Part shown: positions 19,267-29,279 of the stretch, piece by piece
How the letters are laid out: each line of letters opens with the position of its first letter
How positions within the stretch are numbered: the first letter of the stretch is position 1
Source of the DNA: a virus
Lineage: Duplodnaviria; Heunggongvirae; Uroviricota; Caudoviricetes
DNA: 64,000 nt
Virus record (IMG/VR): IMGVR_UViG_3300010370_000025
Direction: 5' to 3' (one strand)
Made by a program: the position numbers and the translations under genes
The notes under the pieces: generated by a model
Database searches by the model: none
Seen by the model: only the letters and a program-made list of their open reading frames with translations
What the model was told of the DNA's origin: nothing

Positions 19267-19818
19267 ATGGCTTTCAATATTAACGAAATCCGTGGTCAGC
19301 TCACCCTTGGCGGTGCTAGACCAGCGCTGTTTCAAGTTACAATTACTAACCCGGTTAACCCAGTTGCTGATCTCAAGGTTCCATTTCTTGTAAGAGCAGC
19401 ACAGCTACCAGAATCTACTCTTGGAGTAATCCAGGTACCATATTTTGGTCGTAGAATTAAGGTAGCAGGTGACAGAGTATTTGGTGATTGGGCAGTCACA
19501 GTTATTAACGATGAGGATTTCCTTATCCGCAATGCTATGGAAACTTGGAATAATGCGATAAATTCATATGAAGGTAATATTAATACTCTAGGTTCAGGAG
19601 CACCAGCACTTTATAAATCACAAGCTACCGTAACTCAATACGGTAAAGCAGGTGAAGTGCTCAGAACTTACCAGTTTAATGGTATTTTCCCGTCAAGAGT
19701 GACAGCAATTGATCTAGATTGGGATGCTACTGATCGTATTGAGCAATTTAACGTTGTGTTCCAATACGACAACTTTGAAGTACTCCCAGGTATCACCGGC
19801 AACGCTGGTGGAACGTAA
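19267..19818 (+). CDS. gp19: Tail tube protein (gp19)
   Basis: Matches the T4 gp19 pattern ('..LPE..LGV..VPYFGRRIKVAGDR.F.DW.VTVINDE'). Confidence 0.85.
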   Translation: MAFNINEIRGQLTLGGARPALFQVTITNPVNPVADLKVPFLVRAAQLPESTLGVIQVPYFGRRIKVAGDRVFGDWAVTVINDEDFLIRNAMETWNNAINSYEGNINTLGSGAPALYKSQATVTQYGKAGEVLRTYQFNGIFPSRVTAIDLDWDATDRIEQFNVVFQYDNFEVLPGITGNAGGT

Positions 19819-19833
19819 GTAAGAACAGGATAG

Positions 19834-19860
19834 AGGGCTACTATAAATACTAGTAGCCCT
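19834..19860 (+). terminator. Perfect 10-bp stem (AGGGCTACTA/TAGTAGCCCT) with a 7-nt loop downstream of gp19. A late promoter TATAAATA (19842-19849) straddles the stem and loop.
   Basis: The inverted repeat can be read directly. No strong T-run follows, so it may be an RNA-stability or processing hairpin rather than a strict terminator. Confidence 0.4.
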
Positions 19861-19886
19861 CAATTCTTACTCAAGGATAATTTATT

Positions 19887-21464
19887 ATGCAACTGTTCGG
19901 TTTCGAAATCAAGCGAAAAGAAGAAAAGCCGCTAGAGTCTTTTGCCCCAGAGGTAAAAGATGATGGCGCAGTTATTGTTGCGGCTGGTGGTGCCTATGCA
20001 ACATATGTAGACTTAGAAGGTACAGCTCGCACAGAAGCAGAGCTCGTTGCTAAGTATAGAGAAATTTCTCTACAACCAGAAATTGAAATGGCAGTTGACG
20101 ATATCGTTAACGAAGCTATGGATACTAATGCTGAAGAAACAGTATCAATTAACTTAGATAAAGTTCCTTACAGTGAAAATATTAAAGAAGTTATACGTAA
20201 TGAATTTAATTACGTATTAGAGCTACTAGATTTTAATAATAGTTGTTATGAAATTTTTAAAAGATGGTATGTAGACGGCAGACTCTATTATCATTTAATT
20301 ATAGATGATGTACAGCCAAGAACAGGTATTCAAGAATTACGTTACATCGATCCTAGAAAAATAAGAAAAATTAGAGAAGTAAAAAAGAATCGCAAGGGTC
20401 CTATCATGGTAAATCAGACTAAGTCTGAGTACTATGTATACAGTGATAGGGGTTATTTAAACGCAGGTGCTAATGCTGGTGTGCCGTTAGACTATTCTAC
20501 TACGGCAGGTCTTAGAATTGCGCCAGATTCTATTATTCATGTAACTTCAGGTTTAATGGATAAGAATAATCAGATGGTTTATTCTTATTTACAGAAAGCA
20601 ATTAAGCCTTTAAATCAGCTTCGCACACTAGAAGATGCTACTGTTATCTATCGTATCTCGCGTGCACCAGAGCGTCGTATTTTCTATATCGATGTCGGTA
20701 ACTTACCTAAAGCAAAAGCAGAACAATATCTACGTGATATGATGGTTCGCCATAAAAATAGAGTAGTGTATGACGCTACTACAGGTGAAGTTAGAGATGA
20801 TCGCAAGTATATGACTATGCTTGAAGATTACTGGCTACCTCGTCGTGAAGGTGGTAGAGGTACAGAAATTACAACACTACCAGCTGGCCAAAACCTAGGT
20901 GAAATGGCTGACGTTGAATATTTCCAAAAGAAGCTATTTCAATCATTAAGTGTACCTTTCTCAAGATTACAGCAACAACAGGGATTTAGTCTTGGAAGAT
21001 CTGCTGAAATTTCCAGAGATGAAGTAAAGTTTAGCAAGTTTGTTACTAGACTTCGTAGAAGATTTAGTTATCTTTTCTATAAAGTATTAGAAAAACAATT
21101 AGTTCTTAAAGGAATCGTAGCTGAAAATGACTGGAAAGAACTACAAGGTCAGATTACTTTTGACTTTGTAGCTGATAGCCATTTTACAGAATTTAGAGAT
21201 ACTGAAGTTCTAGCTAATAGAGTCCAAGTAGCTACCAGTCTTCAACAATATGTTGGTAAATACTATTCTGATAACTGGATTAGAAAGAATATTCTTAAAC
21301 AGACAGATGAAGATATTCAAGAGATTGCAGTAGAAATGCAACAAGAAAATGTTGTAGCACTACAAATTCAAACTGCCGCACAACAATTAGCACAACAAAT
21401 GTTTAATCAGCAAATGCAACAAATGCAGATGCAACAGCAGCCTCAGGCTAATAATACACAATAA
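19887..21464 (+). CDS. gp20: Portal vertex protein (gp20)
   Basis: Size and conserved regions of T4 gp20. It follows the tube gene. Confidence 0.9.
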   Translation: MQLFGFEIKRKEEKPLESFAPEVKDDGAVIVAAGGAYATYVDLEGTARTEAELVAKYREISLQPEIEMAVDDIVNEAMDTNAEETVSINLDKVPYSENIKEVIRNEFNYVLELLDFNNSCYEIFKRWYVDGRLYYHLIIDDVQPRTGIQELRYIDPRKIRKIREVKKNRKGPIMVNQTKSEYYVYSDRGYLNAGANAGVPLDYSTTAGLRIAPDSIIHVTSGLMDKNNQMVYSYLQKAIKPLNQLRTLEDATVIYRISRAPERRIFYIDVGNLPKAKAEQYLRDMMVRHKNRVVYDATTGEVRDDRKYMTMLEDYWLPRREGGRGTEITTLPAGQNLGEMADVEYFQKKLFQSLSVPFSRLQQQQGFSLGRSAEISRDEVKFSKFVTRLRRRFSYLFYKVLEKQLVLKGIVAENDWKELQGQITFDFVADSHFTEFRDTEVLANRVQVATSLQQYVGKYYSDNWIRKNILKQTDEDIQEIAVEMQQENVVALQIQTAAQQLAQQMFNQQMQQMQMQQQPQANNTQ

Positions 21465-21476
21465 AAAGGTATCGTT

Positions 21477-21749
21477 ATGGAAAATTTAGGTGATTATGAA
21501 AGATCTTATGTTGATAGATTGTTTATTGAATATCATGAACTATTTAAAACTAAGATTGATTTAACTGCAAAGTTAATAGTTCGAGAAAAACAATACGAGA
21601 TACTTAATAGAGATATTAATGACGTAGCTACAAGGTTTCATCAATTAAAAAATATGTATGATAGTTTATTAGTAGAACATGAGAATTTAAAAAACTCTTT
21701 TAATTTACAAGCTGAAGAAACAGTAAAAGCTAAAAAGGGTGCTAAGTAA
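21477..21749 (+). CDS. Small prohead core protein (gp67-like?)
   Basis: Its position after the portal gene matches T4 gene 67. Coiled-coil-like. Confidence 0.3.
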   Translation: MENLGDYERSYVDRLFIEYHELFKTKIDLTAKLIVREKQYEILNRDINDVATRFHQLKNMYDSLLVEHENLKNSFNLQAEETVKAKKGAK

Positions 21750-21789
21750 TTATTTTTGATAAATAATATATCAAGATTAGGAGATTAAT

Positions 21790-21990
21790 ATGGAAACTGT
21801 AGTAGATATTGTTAACGCAGCTATAAACAAAGATTCTATTGGATTAAAGCATTCATTAGAACTTGATCTTTCATCACGCATTTCTGACACTTTAGAAGGT
21901 ATGAGACAAGATGTAGCTAGCAGTCTTTTCGGTAGTGCTGTTGAAGCTGAAAGTGCTCCAGCACCAGAAGCACAAGAAGGATCTGAGTAA
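21790..21990 (+). CDS. Small acidic head-module protein (gp68-like?)
   Basis: Position only. Confidence 0.25.
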   Translation: METVVDIVNAAINKDSIGLKHSLELDLSSRISDTLEGMRQDVASSLFGSAVEAESAPAPEAQEGSE

Positions 21991-22394
21991 TGCTTACATT
22001 TAGTAGATTTGTCAATGAGGTTGCAGAACCTTTAGCTGGTGATGAAAAGAAATTTAAGGCTAAGCATGTATTTGTAAAGCACAAAGAGCTAGCAGGCGAG
22101 CCTACAAAAGATGATAAAGTCTTTAACGCAACTAATGTAAAAAAGACTAAGCGTATTGCAGATCAAGAAACTAATGAATCTGTAAAAGAGAATACTGAGC
22201 AGGTAGTAGAAGATAATGAAGTAGTAGATCCAAATCCTATGGCTACAGATGCCACAGAATTTAGCGATCCTAAGCCTGAAATAGCAGTAGCAGCTGCTAA
22301 GATGCCTGAAGAAGAACTTAAAAAAGTTCTTAATGTAGAAGAAACCAAACATACAAGCATGTCTTCATCAATCAGAAAAATTTTAGGAAAATAA
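21990..22394 (+). CDS. Acidic hypothetical protein in the head module
   Basis: ORF only. Confidence 0.3.
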   Translation: MLTFSRFVNEVAEPLAGDEKKFKAKHVFVKHKELAGEPTKDDKVFNATNVKKTKRIADQETNESVKENTEQVVEDNEVVDPNPMATDATEFSDPKPEIAVAAAKMPEEELKKVLNVEETKHTSMSSSIRKILGK

Positions 22395-22399
22395 AAAAA

Positions 22400-23629
22400 A
22401 TGAAAAATTTTCAAGATATAAAGAGACAGCTTCAGGAGAAACATCTTACTGCTGCTGAAAAGAAAAAAAGAGAAGAGATTGCACAGGCAATCGAAAAAAA
22501 GAATCCAGATATGCCAATGGAAAAGAAAATGGCTATCGCTACCGCTCAAGCTAAAAAAGTAGCTGAAGATTATGAAAAATTCATGTCAGAAATTAACGAG
22601 CTTGGCATTACAGAAGAAATGATTATCGAAAAAGGTTTACTAGATAATATTTTAGGTTTCGGTTGGAAGTACGGTAGCAAGCTTTTTGGTAAAGGTAAAG
22701 CAGCAGAGACTGGTGCTAAGTCAGCAGAGGATATTTTAAAAGGTACTCCAACTCCTGCTACTCCTAGACCGCCAGCAGCAGATGACCCTATGGGCGTTCT
22801 TGGACCTAAAGTTACTAAACCGTTTAAAGATACAGAAGGCGCTAAAGAATTTACAGCTAGAGAGTTAGAGAGAATTCAAAAAGCTGTTGGTTCTAGTAAA
22901 TCAGTTGATGATTTTAGAGCTCCATCAACAGCACCTAAAGCTGTTGATGATATTCCAGGTCCTCCACCTGCAGCTCCTAAAAAGCCAACTCAGCCAAGAG
23001 ACGCTGGTGGTAGATTTGTAGCAAAGCAGGCTGATGATATTAAGCCACCTCCAGGTGCAGGTAGAACAGCAGTGACTACAGGTGCTAAGGCAGCTGATGA
23101 TATTAAGCCACCTCCAGGTGCAAGTCGCGGGTTTAGTACAACAGATAAGGTAATTGGTGGTGGATTAGCTGCTGGTGCTGCAGCTTTAGCTGCTGATAGT
23201 ATGTTAAGCGGCGATAAATCATCTGCAGAAGCTCCAAAGCCAGTAAAAATGCCTGAACCTAATTTTCCAAAGCCTGATCTACCTCCAGTAAAAATGCCTG
23301 AACCTAATTTTCCAAAGCCTGATCTACCTCCAGTAAAAATGCCTGAACCACCTAAGGCAGCAGAGCCACCAAAAGAAGATAAGCCTAATTATGATAATAT
23401 GACATTTGGTCAAGCTTTTGCAGCAGCAAGAAAAGCAGCTGCAGAAAAAGGCGCTCAGTCAACTGGTAGATTTGAATATAAAGGTAAAGAATACCAGACT
23501 AACGTGAAGGGCGAGAAGTATGTTTCACGCGCTAAACAAACTGCAGTTGGTGAGTCATTTGATAAATTGCCTGCAGGATCAATTGATGAAGCAATTTTAA
23601 TGTCTCTAACTAAGATTGAGAACAAGTAA
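22400..23629 (+). CDS. Pro/Ala/Lys-rich repeat protein (possible internal head or scaffold-associated protein)
   Basis: Contains tandem 'VKMPEPNFPKPDLPP' x2(+) and 'ADDIKPPPGA' x2 repeats. Confidence 0.4.
   Translation: MKNFQDIKRQLQEKHLTAAEKKKREEIAQAIEKKNPDMPMEKKMAIATAQAKKVAEDYEKFMSEINELGITEEMIIEKGLLDNILGFGWKYGSKLFGKGKAAETGAKSAEDILKGTPTPATPRPPAADDPMGVLGPKVTKPFKDTEGAKEFTARELERIQKAVGSSKSVDDFRAPSTAPKAVDDIPGPPPAAPKKPTQPRDAGGRFVAKQADDIKPPPGAGRTAVTTGAKAADDIKPPPGASRGFSTTDKVIGGGLAAGAAALAADSMLSGDKSSAEAPKPVKMPEPNFPKPDLPPVKMPEPNFPKPDLPPVKMPEPPKAAEPPKEDKPNYDNMTFGQAFAAARKAAAEKGAQSTGRFEYKGKEYQTNVKGEKYVSRAKQTAVGESFDKLPAGSIDEAILMSLTKIENK
23240..23350. repeat. 45-nt perfect tandem repeat (2.5 copies) encoding VKMPEPNFPKPDLPP
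   Basis: Direct repeat visible at 23240-23284, 23285-23329 and a partial third copy. Confidence 0.7.
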
Positions 23630-23630
23630 T

Positions 23631-25796
23631 ATGTCAAAAGCTTTTCTAGATAGTTTACAAGAAGTACTTAAAGGCAATCAACATAAGATTGATGCTAATA
23701 AGAATGGTAGAGTAGACGCCCATGATTTTAAGCTTCTCCGTAGTATGGAAGATGATGATGGTTGGTACACTCATAGAGAAATTCATGGCGATAAGGGCGT
23801 ATCTAAAGAAGACTGGAAAAAGGGTATTAGACTCAATTCTAAAGGTGAAAGAGTAAAAATAAAAGAAGATCTAGATGAGCCTGACTACGAAGGTCAAATG
23901 GCAAAGACAGAACTTAAAGCTATTTGCGATAAAGCAAATAAATTAGAAACTATGTTAAGAGATGAAGATCAACTTGAGGCGTGGGTACAATCTAAGATTT
24001 CAAATGCTAAAATGCATATAGATGCTATTCATGATTATATGGTTTATAGAGATAAGCCAAATATGGAAGCTAAAGTTCCTAATATTGCCGCTGGTCCTGG
24101 ATCACTTACTGTATTGGGAAGTAAGAGTGCTTTTGAAGAAGTAGATTTCTTTGCAGAAGCTAAGCGTGGTCGTCCTCGTAAAGACGGCGCAAAGTTTGCT
24201 AGTGAAGATGATACTCAAGAAGCTGATAAGAATATTATGAATCAGCTAAGAAAGAAGCCAGAAGGCGAACATCAGAACCTTACATTCAATAACGGAGAGA
24301 AGAAAAAAGTACATGTTATACATGCTACTAGAGCTCTTTCTATGCTACAAAATTCTAAGCCTTCTGAGAGATTAGATCTTCAAAACAGTCTTGCTCATTC
24401 TCATAGCAGATTTATGGATACAGTTCGTACTGGTAAGGCTGTTAAAGATGAGCCAAGAGCTAAAGTATCATTAGCTAAAAGAGTATCTGAAGAAGCAGAA
24501 TTAATTGATGAAGGTATAACTAAATTATCTAACGCCCGTCTTAAGTTTCATGCTACTAAGAACGTACCTCATGGATCCTATACTCGTCAAGAAATTAAAG
24601 ACGAACATAAACGTCGTATGAAAGTTGATCCTGAATATCACACTGCTAAACCTTCACTTAATGAAGAAGAGGTTAAACAGATTGATGAAAAGGTAAGTGT
24701 AAATAAGAAAGAATATTCATGGGGTAAAATGATAACTGTACTTCATGGTGCATCTCATACATTCCCACTTCACCCAGAACATCAAGAAAAGATTGCTAAA
24801 CTTAAAGATGGTGAATCAGTATCTTTCACTGATGAAACTAAATCAAAAGTAAAAGCACATAGAGAAGGTGACACTGTACATCTTTCTCATGAAGGTTCTA
24901 GTTCTAAAACACCAGTAGCTTATTCTCATTTTTCTGAAGAATATGTTGAAGAAGATGTAGCAGGTAGTTTACATGCAGGTGCTAGAGGCGCTTGGGACTC
25001 TTTAACTTTAGGTGGCGGTAAATATCTCAGAGGGACTGCAGATTATCTTGCTAAAAAAGTTATGGGTAAACCTACTGACTGGAATAAAGAAGTTGAGCAA
25101 GAAAGAGAAAAAGATACTAAAGCACAAACTGAGCATCCGACAGCTTATGCTGTAGGTGAACATGGTGCTACTGTAGCTACATCTCTAACTGGTGCAGGAT
25201 TAGCAGGCAGAATCGCAGCAAAAGCAGGAATTAAAGCAGGAGCTGCTTTAGCAAGAGGTATTGATTCTAGTAAGGTTGTTAGCGCGCTTGATAGGGCTGG
25301 AACACGCGGACTAGTTGCTGGTGCTGCGGGTTATGGTGCTGGGTATTATAAAAATCGTGCGGCAGTAGCTCAAGATTTAGATAAAAGATATGGTGTTAGC
25401 GAATCTATAGATGAAGATGTAGAAACAAAAGCGTCTGATAGACGTGCTAAGAAAGCTGTTACTTACAGAGATCCTAAAACTGGTAAAATGAAAGTAAAGC
25501 TACAATCAAGCCCTAAGAAAGAAATACATATAGAATCTGTAGTTGATGAAGGTAAAATTATTCCTAAGCCAAAATTTAAAACTGGTGAGATTGGTTTTAT
25601 GAAAGGTGGTGGGCCTGAGCAACATGCAGCTATTGCAGAGTCATTTCTTATTGAACTTAGCAACGAACAAATTGAAAAGATTAGTTTAGTGTTTGAAAAA
25701 CTAAACGAAAAGAATCAAGAAGCATTTATTAACAATGCATCTAGTTCAGTTGAAGGTTCAAAAGCTATGTTAGATTTTGCCATAAATATTGAGTAA
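23631..25796 (+). CDS. Large hypothetical protein (721 aa) in the head module
   Basis: ATG at 23631. The track start at 23616 is TTG. No recognizable domain. Confidence 0.4.
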   Translation: MSKAFLDSLQEVLKGNQHKIDANKNGRVDAHDFKLLRSMEDDDGWYTHREIHGDKGVSKEDWKKGIRLNSKGERVKIKEDLDEPDYEGQMAKTELKAICDKANKLETMLRDEDQLEAWVQSKISNAKMHIDAIHDYMVYRDKPNMEAKVPNIAAGPGSLTVLGSKSAFEEVDFFAEAKRGRPRKDGAKFASEDDTQEADKNIMNQLRKKPEGEHQNLTFNNGEKKKVHVIHATRALSMLQNSKPSERLDLQNSLAHSHSRFMDTVRTGKAVKDEPRAKVSLAKRVSEEAELIDEGITKLSNARLKFHATKNVPHGSYTRQEIKDEHKRRMKVDPEYHTAKPSLNEEEVKQIDEKVSVNKKEYSWGKMITVLHGASHTFPLHPEHQEKIAKLKDGESVSFTDETKSKVKAHREGDTVHLSHEGSSSKTPVAYSHFSEEYVEEDVAGSLHAGARGAWDSLTLGGGKYLRGTADYLAKKVMGKPTDWNKEVEQEREKDTKAQTEHPTAYAVGEHGATVATSLTGAGLAGRIAAKAGIKAGAALARGIDSSKVVSALDRAGTRGLVAGAAGYGAGYYKNRAAVAQDLDKRYGVSESIDEDVETKASDRRAKKAVTYRDPKTGKMKVKLQSSPKKEIHIESVVDEGKIIPKPKFKTGEIGFMKGGGPEQHAAIAESFLIELSNEQIEKISLVFEKLNEKNQEAFINNASSSVEGSKAMLDFAINIE

Positions 25797-25807
25797 TGGA
25801 GAATAGT

Positions 25808-26080
25808 ATGGCAAACATTTTAAAAGTTTTAGGTACAGAAAGAGCTTGCAACACCACAGCTAACACTTACGGTAATAATGTGTTAGTTAGACTAACATAC
25901 CCAGCAGCAACTACAGCAAGTTTCTTGGTGACATGTAAATATGCTAACGGCACTGTTAAGTATACAGCTACAATAGGTGGCGGGCAAGAGATGCTTTTAG
26001 TAAAAGACTATTCAGACACTTTAGAATCAGCTGATACTGGTACTGCAGTTAGAGCTGTTCAAGTAGCATACGGAAACTAA
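25808..26080 (+). CDS. Small hypothetical protein (alternative start 25796)
   Basis: GGAGA RBS ahead of the ATG at 25808. Confidence 0.35.
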   Translation: MANILKVLGTERACNTTANTYGNNVLVRLTYPAATTASFLVTCKYANGTVKYTATIGGGQEMLLVKDYSDTLESADTGTAVRAVQVAYGN

Positions 26081-26081
26081 A

Positions 26082-26726
26082 ATGAAACTTATTACTGAAC
26101 TCGTAGAAGACGTTAGAGTTATCCAAGAAGAAAAAGAAGGTAAAAAGAACCTTTACATCGAGGGTATCTTTTTACAAGGTGATATTAAAAACCGTAACGG
26201 TAGAATGTACAGAATGCCTGTACTTGAAAAAGAAGTAAACAGATATGTTAAAGAGTTTGTTGAAAAAAACCGTGCTTATGGTGAATTAGGTCATCCTAGT
26301 GGTCCAGGAATTAACCTAGATAGAGTATCTCATATTATTACAGAACTTAAAAGAGACGGTTCTAATGTTATGGGTAGAGCTCGCATTACAGAAACACCAA
26401 TGGGTAAGATTGTTGAGGGTATTCTAAACTCAGGTGGTCAGCTAGGCGTATCTTCTAGAGGTATGGGTACATTAAAAGAAGTAAACGGTGTAAACGAAGT
26501 ACAAGATGACTTCTATCTTGCTACTGCAGCTGATATTGTAGCAGATCCATCAGCTCCAGATGCTTATGTAAATGGCATTATGGAGGGAAAAGAGTGGGTT
26601 TGGGATAACGGATTAATTAAAGAAAAAGTGATTGAAGATCATAAGCAAGAAATCAAGAAAGCTTCTCGCAAGCAGCTAGAAGAAGCAAAGCTTAAAGTTT
26701 TCAAAAATTTTCTTTCAAATCTTTAA
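26082..26726 (+). CDS. gp21: Prohead core protein protease (gp21)
   Basis: Matches the T4 gp21 N-terminal and catalytic regions ('GELGHPSGP', 'GVSSRGMG'). Confidence 0.85.
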   Translation: MKLITELVEDVRVIQEEKEGKKNLYIEGIFLQGDIKNRNGRMYRMPVLEKEVNRYVKEFVEKNRAYGELGHPSGPGINLDRVSHIITELKRDGSNVMGRARITETPMGKIVEGILNSGGQLGVSSRGMGTLKEVNGVNEVQDDFYLATAADIVADPSAPDAYVNGIMEGKEWVWDNGLIKEKVIEDHKQEIKKASRKQLEEAKLKVFKNFLSNL

Positions 26727-26729
26727 AAT

Positions 26730-26737
26730 TATAAATA
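26730..26737 (+). promoter_or_regulatory. Late promoter TATAAATA upstream of the scaffold gene
   Basis: Exact octamer. Confidence 0.5.
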
Positions 26738-26778
26738 TTACGATTAATTTTACTTAACTAAATATGGAAGGTTGTAAA

Positions 26779-27855
26779 ATGGCAGACAGAGAGAATAATA
26801 ACATTACAGAAGCTGATGACGGTCTTACTCGCGAGCAGAATCCAATGCCAGCGGAAGAAGGTCTTCATGCTAATGAAGTAGTATCTAAGTCTGATCTCCT
26901 TGCCAAGATGGTTGGTTATGCTTCTAGAATGGATAAAGTTACACTTGCTCAGGCAGTTGAACTAATGTCAAAAACTCCAGATGAAGTGTATGACGGCAAC
27001 AAAGCATCTACTCAGGGCGCGGAATCAGAAATGCAAAATAAGGCAAGTATCAACTCTTCAGGTGCGCCTAAGGAAATGATGCATGTTGTTGGAGAAGATC
27101 TTAACGAACTTATCGGTGGCGCAGATCTATCAGAAAATTTCAGAGATAAAGCAAAAGTTATCTTTGAAGCTGCAGTCAACTCAAGAATTAATTTAGAAGT
27201 TGCTAAGCTCGATGAGCAATATGCAACTATGCTTCAGGAAGCTAATGAAGTATTTAATCAGAAGCTGGAAGAAGCAGTAGAAGAAATTCACAGCGAGCTT
27301 GTAGAGCAAGTTGACCAATATCTCAACTATGTTGTTGCAGAATGGGTAACTGATAACAAGCTTGCAATTGAAACTGGTTTAAGAGCTGATGTAACTGAAT
27401 CATTCTTAACAGGACTTAAGTCTCTATTTGAAGAGCACTATGTAGATATTCCTGCAGAAAAGACTGATGTAGTTGAGTCATTAGCGCTTAGAGTAGAAGA
27501 GCTTGAAGCAAAGCTTAACGAAGCTACTGACAAAAACATCACTCTTTCAAAGTCACTTGATGAAGTAAATGTTAAGGTAGTATCAGAAGAGCTTTCAATT
27601 GGTCTTACAGAAACTCAGAAAGATAAGTTTAAGAATCTTCTAGAAGCTATCGATTTTACCAATGCTGACGAGTATAAGAGAAAAGCTTCTATTCTCAAGG
27701 AGACTTATTTCTCTGCTAAGTCAGAAGCTAAGGTGGAAACCGATCAACTCTTAACTGAAGAAGTAGAAGAAGCAACACCTGCTAAGAAGTCTATTTCATC
27801 AGATCCACAAGTAAGCGCTTATGCAGCTGCTCTATCAAAGTTTCAAAGAAAGTAA
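26779..27855 (+). CDS. gp22: Prohead scaffold protein (gp22-like), acidic coiled-coil
   Basis: Sits between gp21 and gp23. Glu/Lys-rich composition. The ATG at 26779 has a GGAAGG RBS (alternative start 26764). Confidence 0.6.
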   Translation: MADRENNNITEADDGLTREQNPMPAEEGLHANEVVSKSDLLAKMVGYASRMDKVTLAQAVELMSKTPDEVYDGNKASTQGAESEMQNKASINSSGAPKEMMHVVGEDLNELIGGADLSENFRDKAKVIFEAAVNSRINLEVAKLDEQYATMLQEANEVFNQKLEEAVEEIHSELVEQVDQYLNYVVAEWVTDNKLAIETGLRADVTESFLTGLKSLFEEHYVDIPAEKTDVVESLALRVEELEAKLNEATDKNITLSKSLDEVNVKVVSEELSIGLTETQKDKFKNLLEAIDFTNADEYKRKASILKETYFSAKSEAKVETDQLLTEEVEEATPAKKSISSDPQVSAYAAALSKFQRK

Positions 27856-27858
27856 TTT

Positions 27859-27866
27859 TATAAATA
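27859..27866 (+). promoter_or_regulatory. Late promoter TATAAATA upstream of the major capsid gene
   Basis: Exact octamer plus an AAAGGAG RBS. Confidence 0.65.
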
Positions 27867-27900
27867 CAATAGATATAAAATATCTACAAAGGAGAAAAAG

Positions 27901-29220
27901 ATGTTAATTAACGAAGATCTTATTAATAAGTGGAAAGAAGTGCTCGATCATGCAGAAATGCCTAAGATCGGTGACGCACATCGCCGCAATACAACAGCTG
28001 TTCTCCTAGAGAACACTGCTAGATTCCTTGACGAGCAGCGTGGTGGACGTCCAGTTCAATTGAACGAAGATGCACCAACTAACGCTACTGGTTCAAATAT
28101 CGACACATACGATCCAATTCTTATTTCACTCGTTCGTCGTTCAATGCCTAACCTTATTGCTTATGATATCTGCGGCGTACAGCCAATGACTGGTCCAACA
28201 GGACTTATCTTCGCAATGCGTTCACATTATGCTAACCAGGCAGGTACAGAAGCTTTCTATTCAGAAGCTAATACTGCTCATTCAGCTCTTGATGCAACTC
28301 CAGGTGCTGGCGACAATACTATTTTTGGTGGTGCTAACCTTAACGTTGGTACAGTTCCAACTGGTAACTCAGAAACTTACAACTTCGCAGCTGCAATGAA
28401 TACTGCTACTGCAGAAGCTCTTGGTAGCAACTCAACTACTCAGTTTAACGAAATGGCCTTCTCAATTGATAAGGTTTCCGTTACTGCTAAGTCACGTGCT
28501 CTCAAGGCTGAATACACAATGGAACTTGCACAGGACCTCAAGGCTATTCATGGTCTTGATGCTGAGACTGAGCTTGCTAACATTCTTCAGTCAGAAATTC
28601 TCGCTGAAATCAACCGTGAAATCGTACGTACTGTTTATCTCTCAGCTAAGGCTGGTGCTAACTCAGGTACTACTACTGCAGGTACTTTCGACCTTGATAC
28701 TGACTCAAACGGTCGTTGGTCAGTTGAAAAGTTCAAGGGTCTTATGTTCCAGGTTGAGCGTGAAGCTAACCAAATTGCAAAAGACACTCGTAGAGGCAAG
28801 GGTAATCTTGTAATCTGCTCTTCAGACGTTGCTTCAGCACTTCAGATGGCAGGTGTACTTGATTACGCTCCAGCTCTTAACTCAAACAATCTTCAGGTAG
28901 ACGATACTGGTAACACTTTCGCTGGTGTTCTCAATGGTCGTTACCGCGTATATGTTGACCCATATGCAACTTCAAACTATATGGTTGTAGGCTATAGAGG
29001 TGCTAACGCATTCGACGCTGGTCTCTTCTACTGCCCATACATTCCTCTCCAAATGGTTCGTGCCGTTGGTCAGGATTCGTTCCAGCCAAAGATTGGATTC
29101 AAGACACGTTATGGCGTTGTTGCAAATCCATTCTCACGTGGTGCTACTGCTTCTGACGGTACACTCGTACAGAACGTTAACGTATACTATCGTAGAGTTA
29201 CAATCAGTAACCTTATGTAA
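27901..29220 (+). CDS. gp23: Major capsid protein (gp23)
   Basis: T4 gp23-like sequence throughout, and synteny. Confidence 0.9.
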   Translation: MLINEDLINKWKEVLDHAEMPKIGDAHRRNTTAVLLENTARFLDEQRGGRPVQLNEDAPTNATGSNIDTYDPILISLVRRSMPNLIAYDICGVQPMTGPTGLIFAMRSHYANQAGTEAFYSEANTAHSALDATPGAGDNTIFGGANLNVGTVPTGNSETYNFAAAMNTATAEALGSNSTTQFNEMAFSIDKVSVTAKSRALKAEYTMELAQDLKAIHGLDAETELANILQSEILAEINREIVRTVYLSAKAGANSGTTTAGTFDLDTDSNGRWSVEKFKGLMFQVEREANQIAKDTRRGKGNLVICSSDVASALQMAGVLDYAPALNSNNLQVDDTGNTFAGVLNGRYRVYVDPYATSNYMVVGYRGANAFDAGLFYCPYIPLQMVRAVGQDSFQPKIGFKTRYGVVANPFSRGATASDGTLVQNVNVYYRRVTISNLM

Positions 29221-29252
29221 GAATAAGAGCCAGATAACTGGTCAAACTATTA

Positions 29253-29279
29253 GAGGGGCAGCAATGCCCCTCTTTTTTT
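29253..29279 (+). terminator. Rho-independent terminator (GAGGGGCA-GCAA-TGCCCCTC + T7) after gp23
   Basis: GC-rich 8-bp stem followed by TTTTTTT. Confidence 0.7.

Noticed and set aside
22089-22549. Two minus-strand ORFs (87 and 128 aa) across 21990-22549
   Set aside because: Antisense to + strand genes in a uniformly + strand late operon. Phe/Leu/Ile-rich translations are typical of AT-rich antisense frames.
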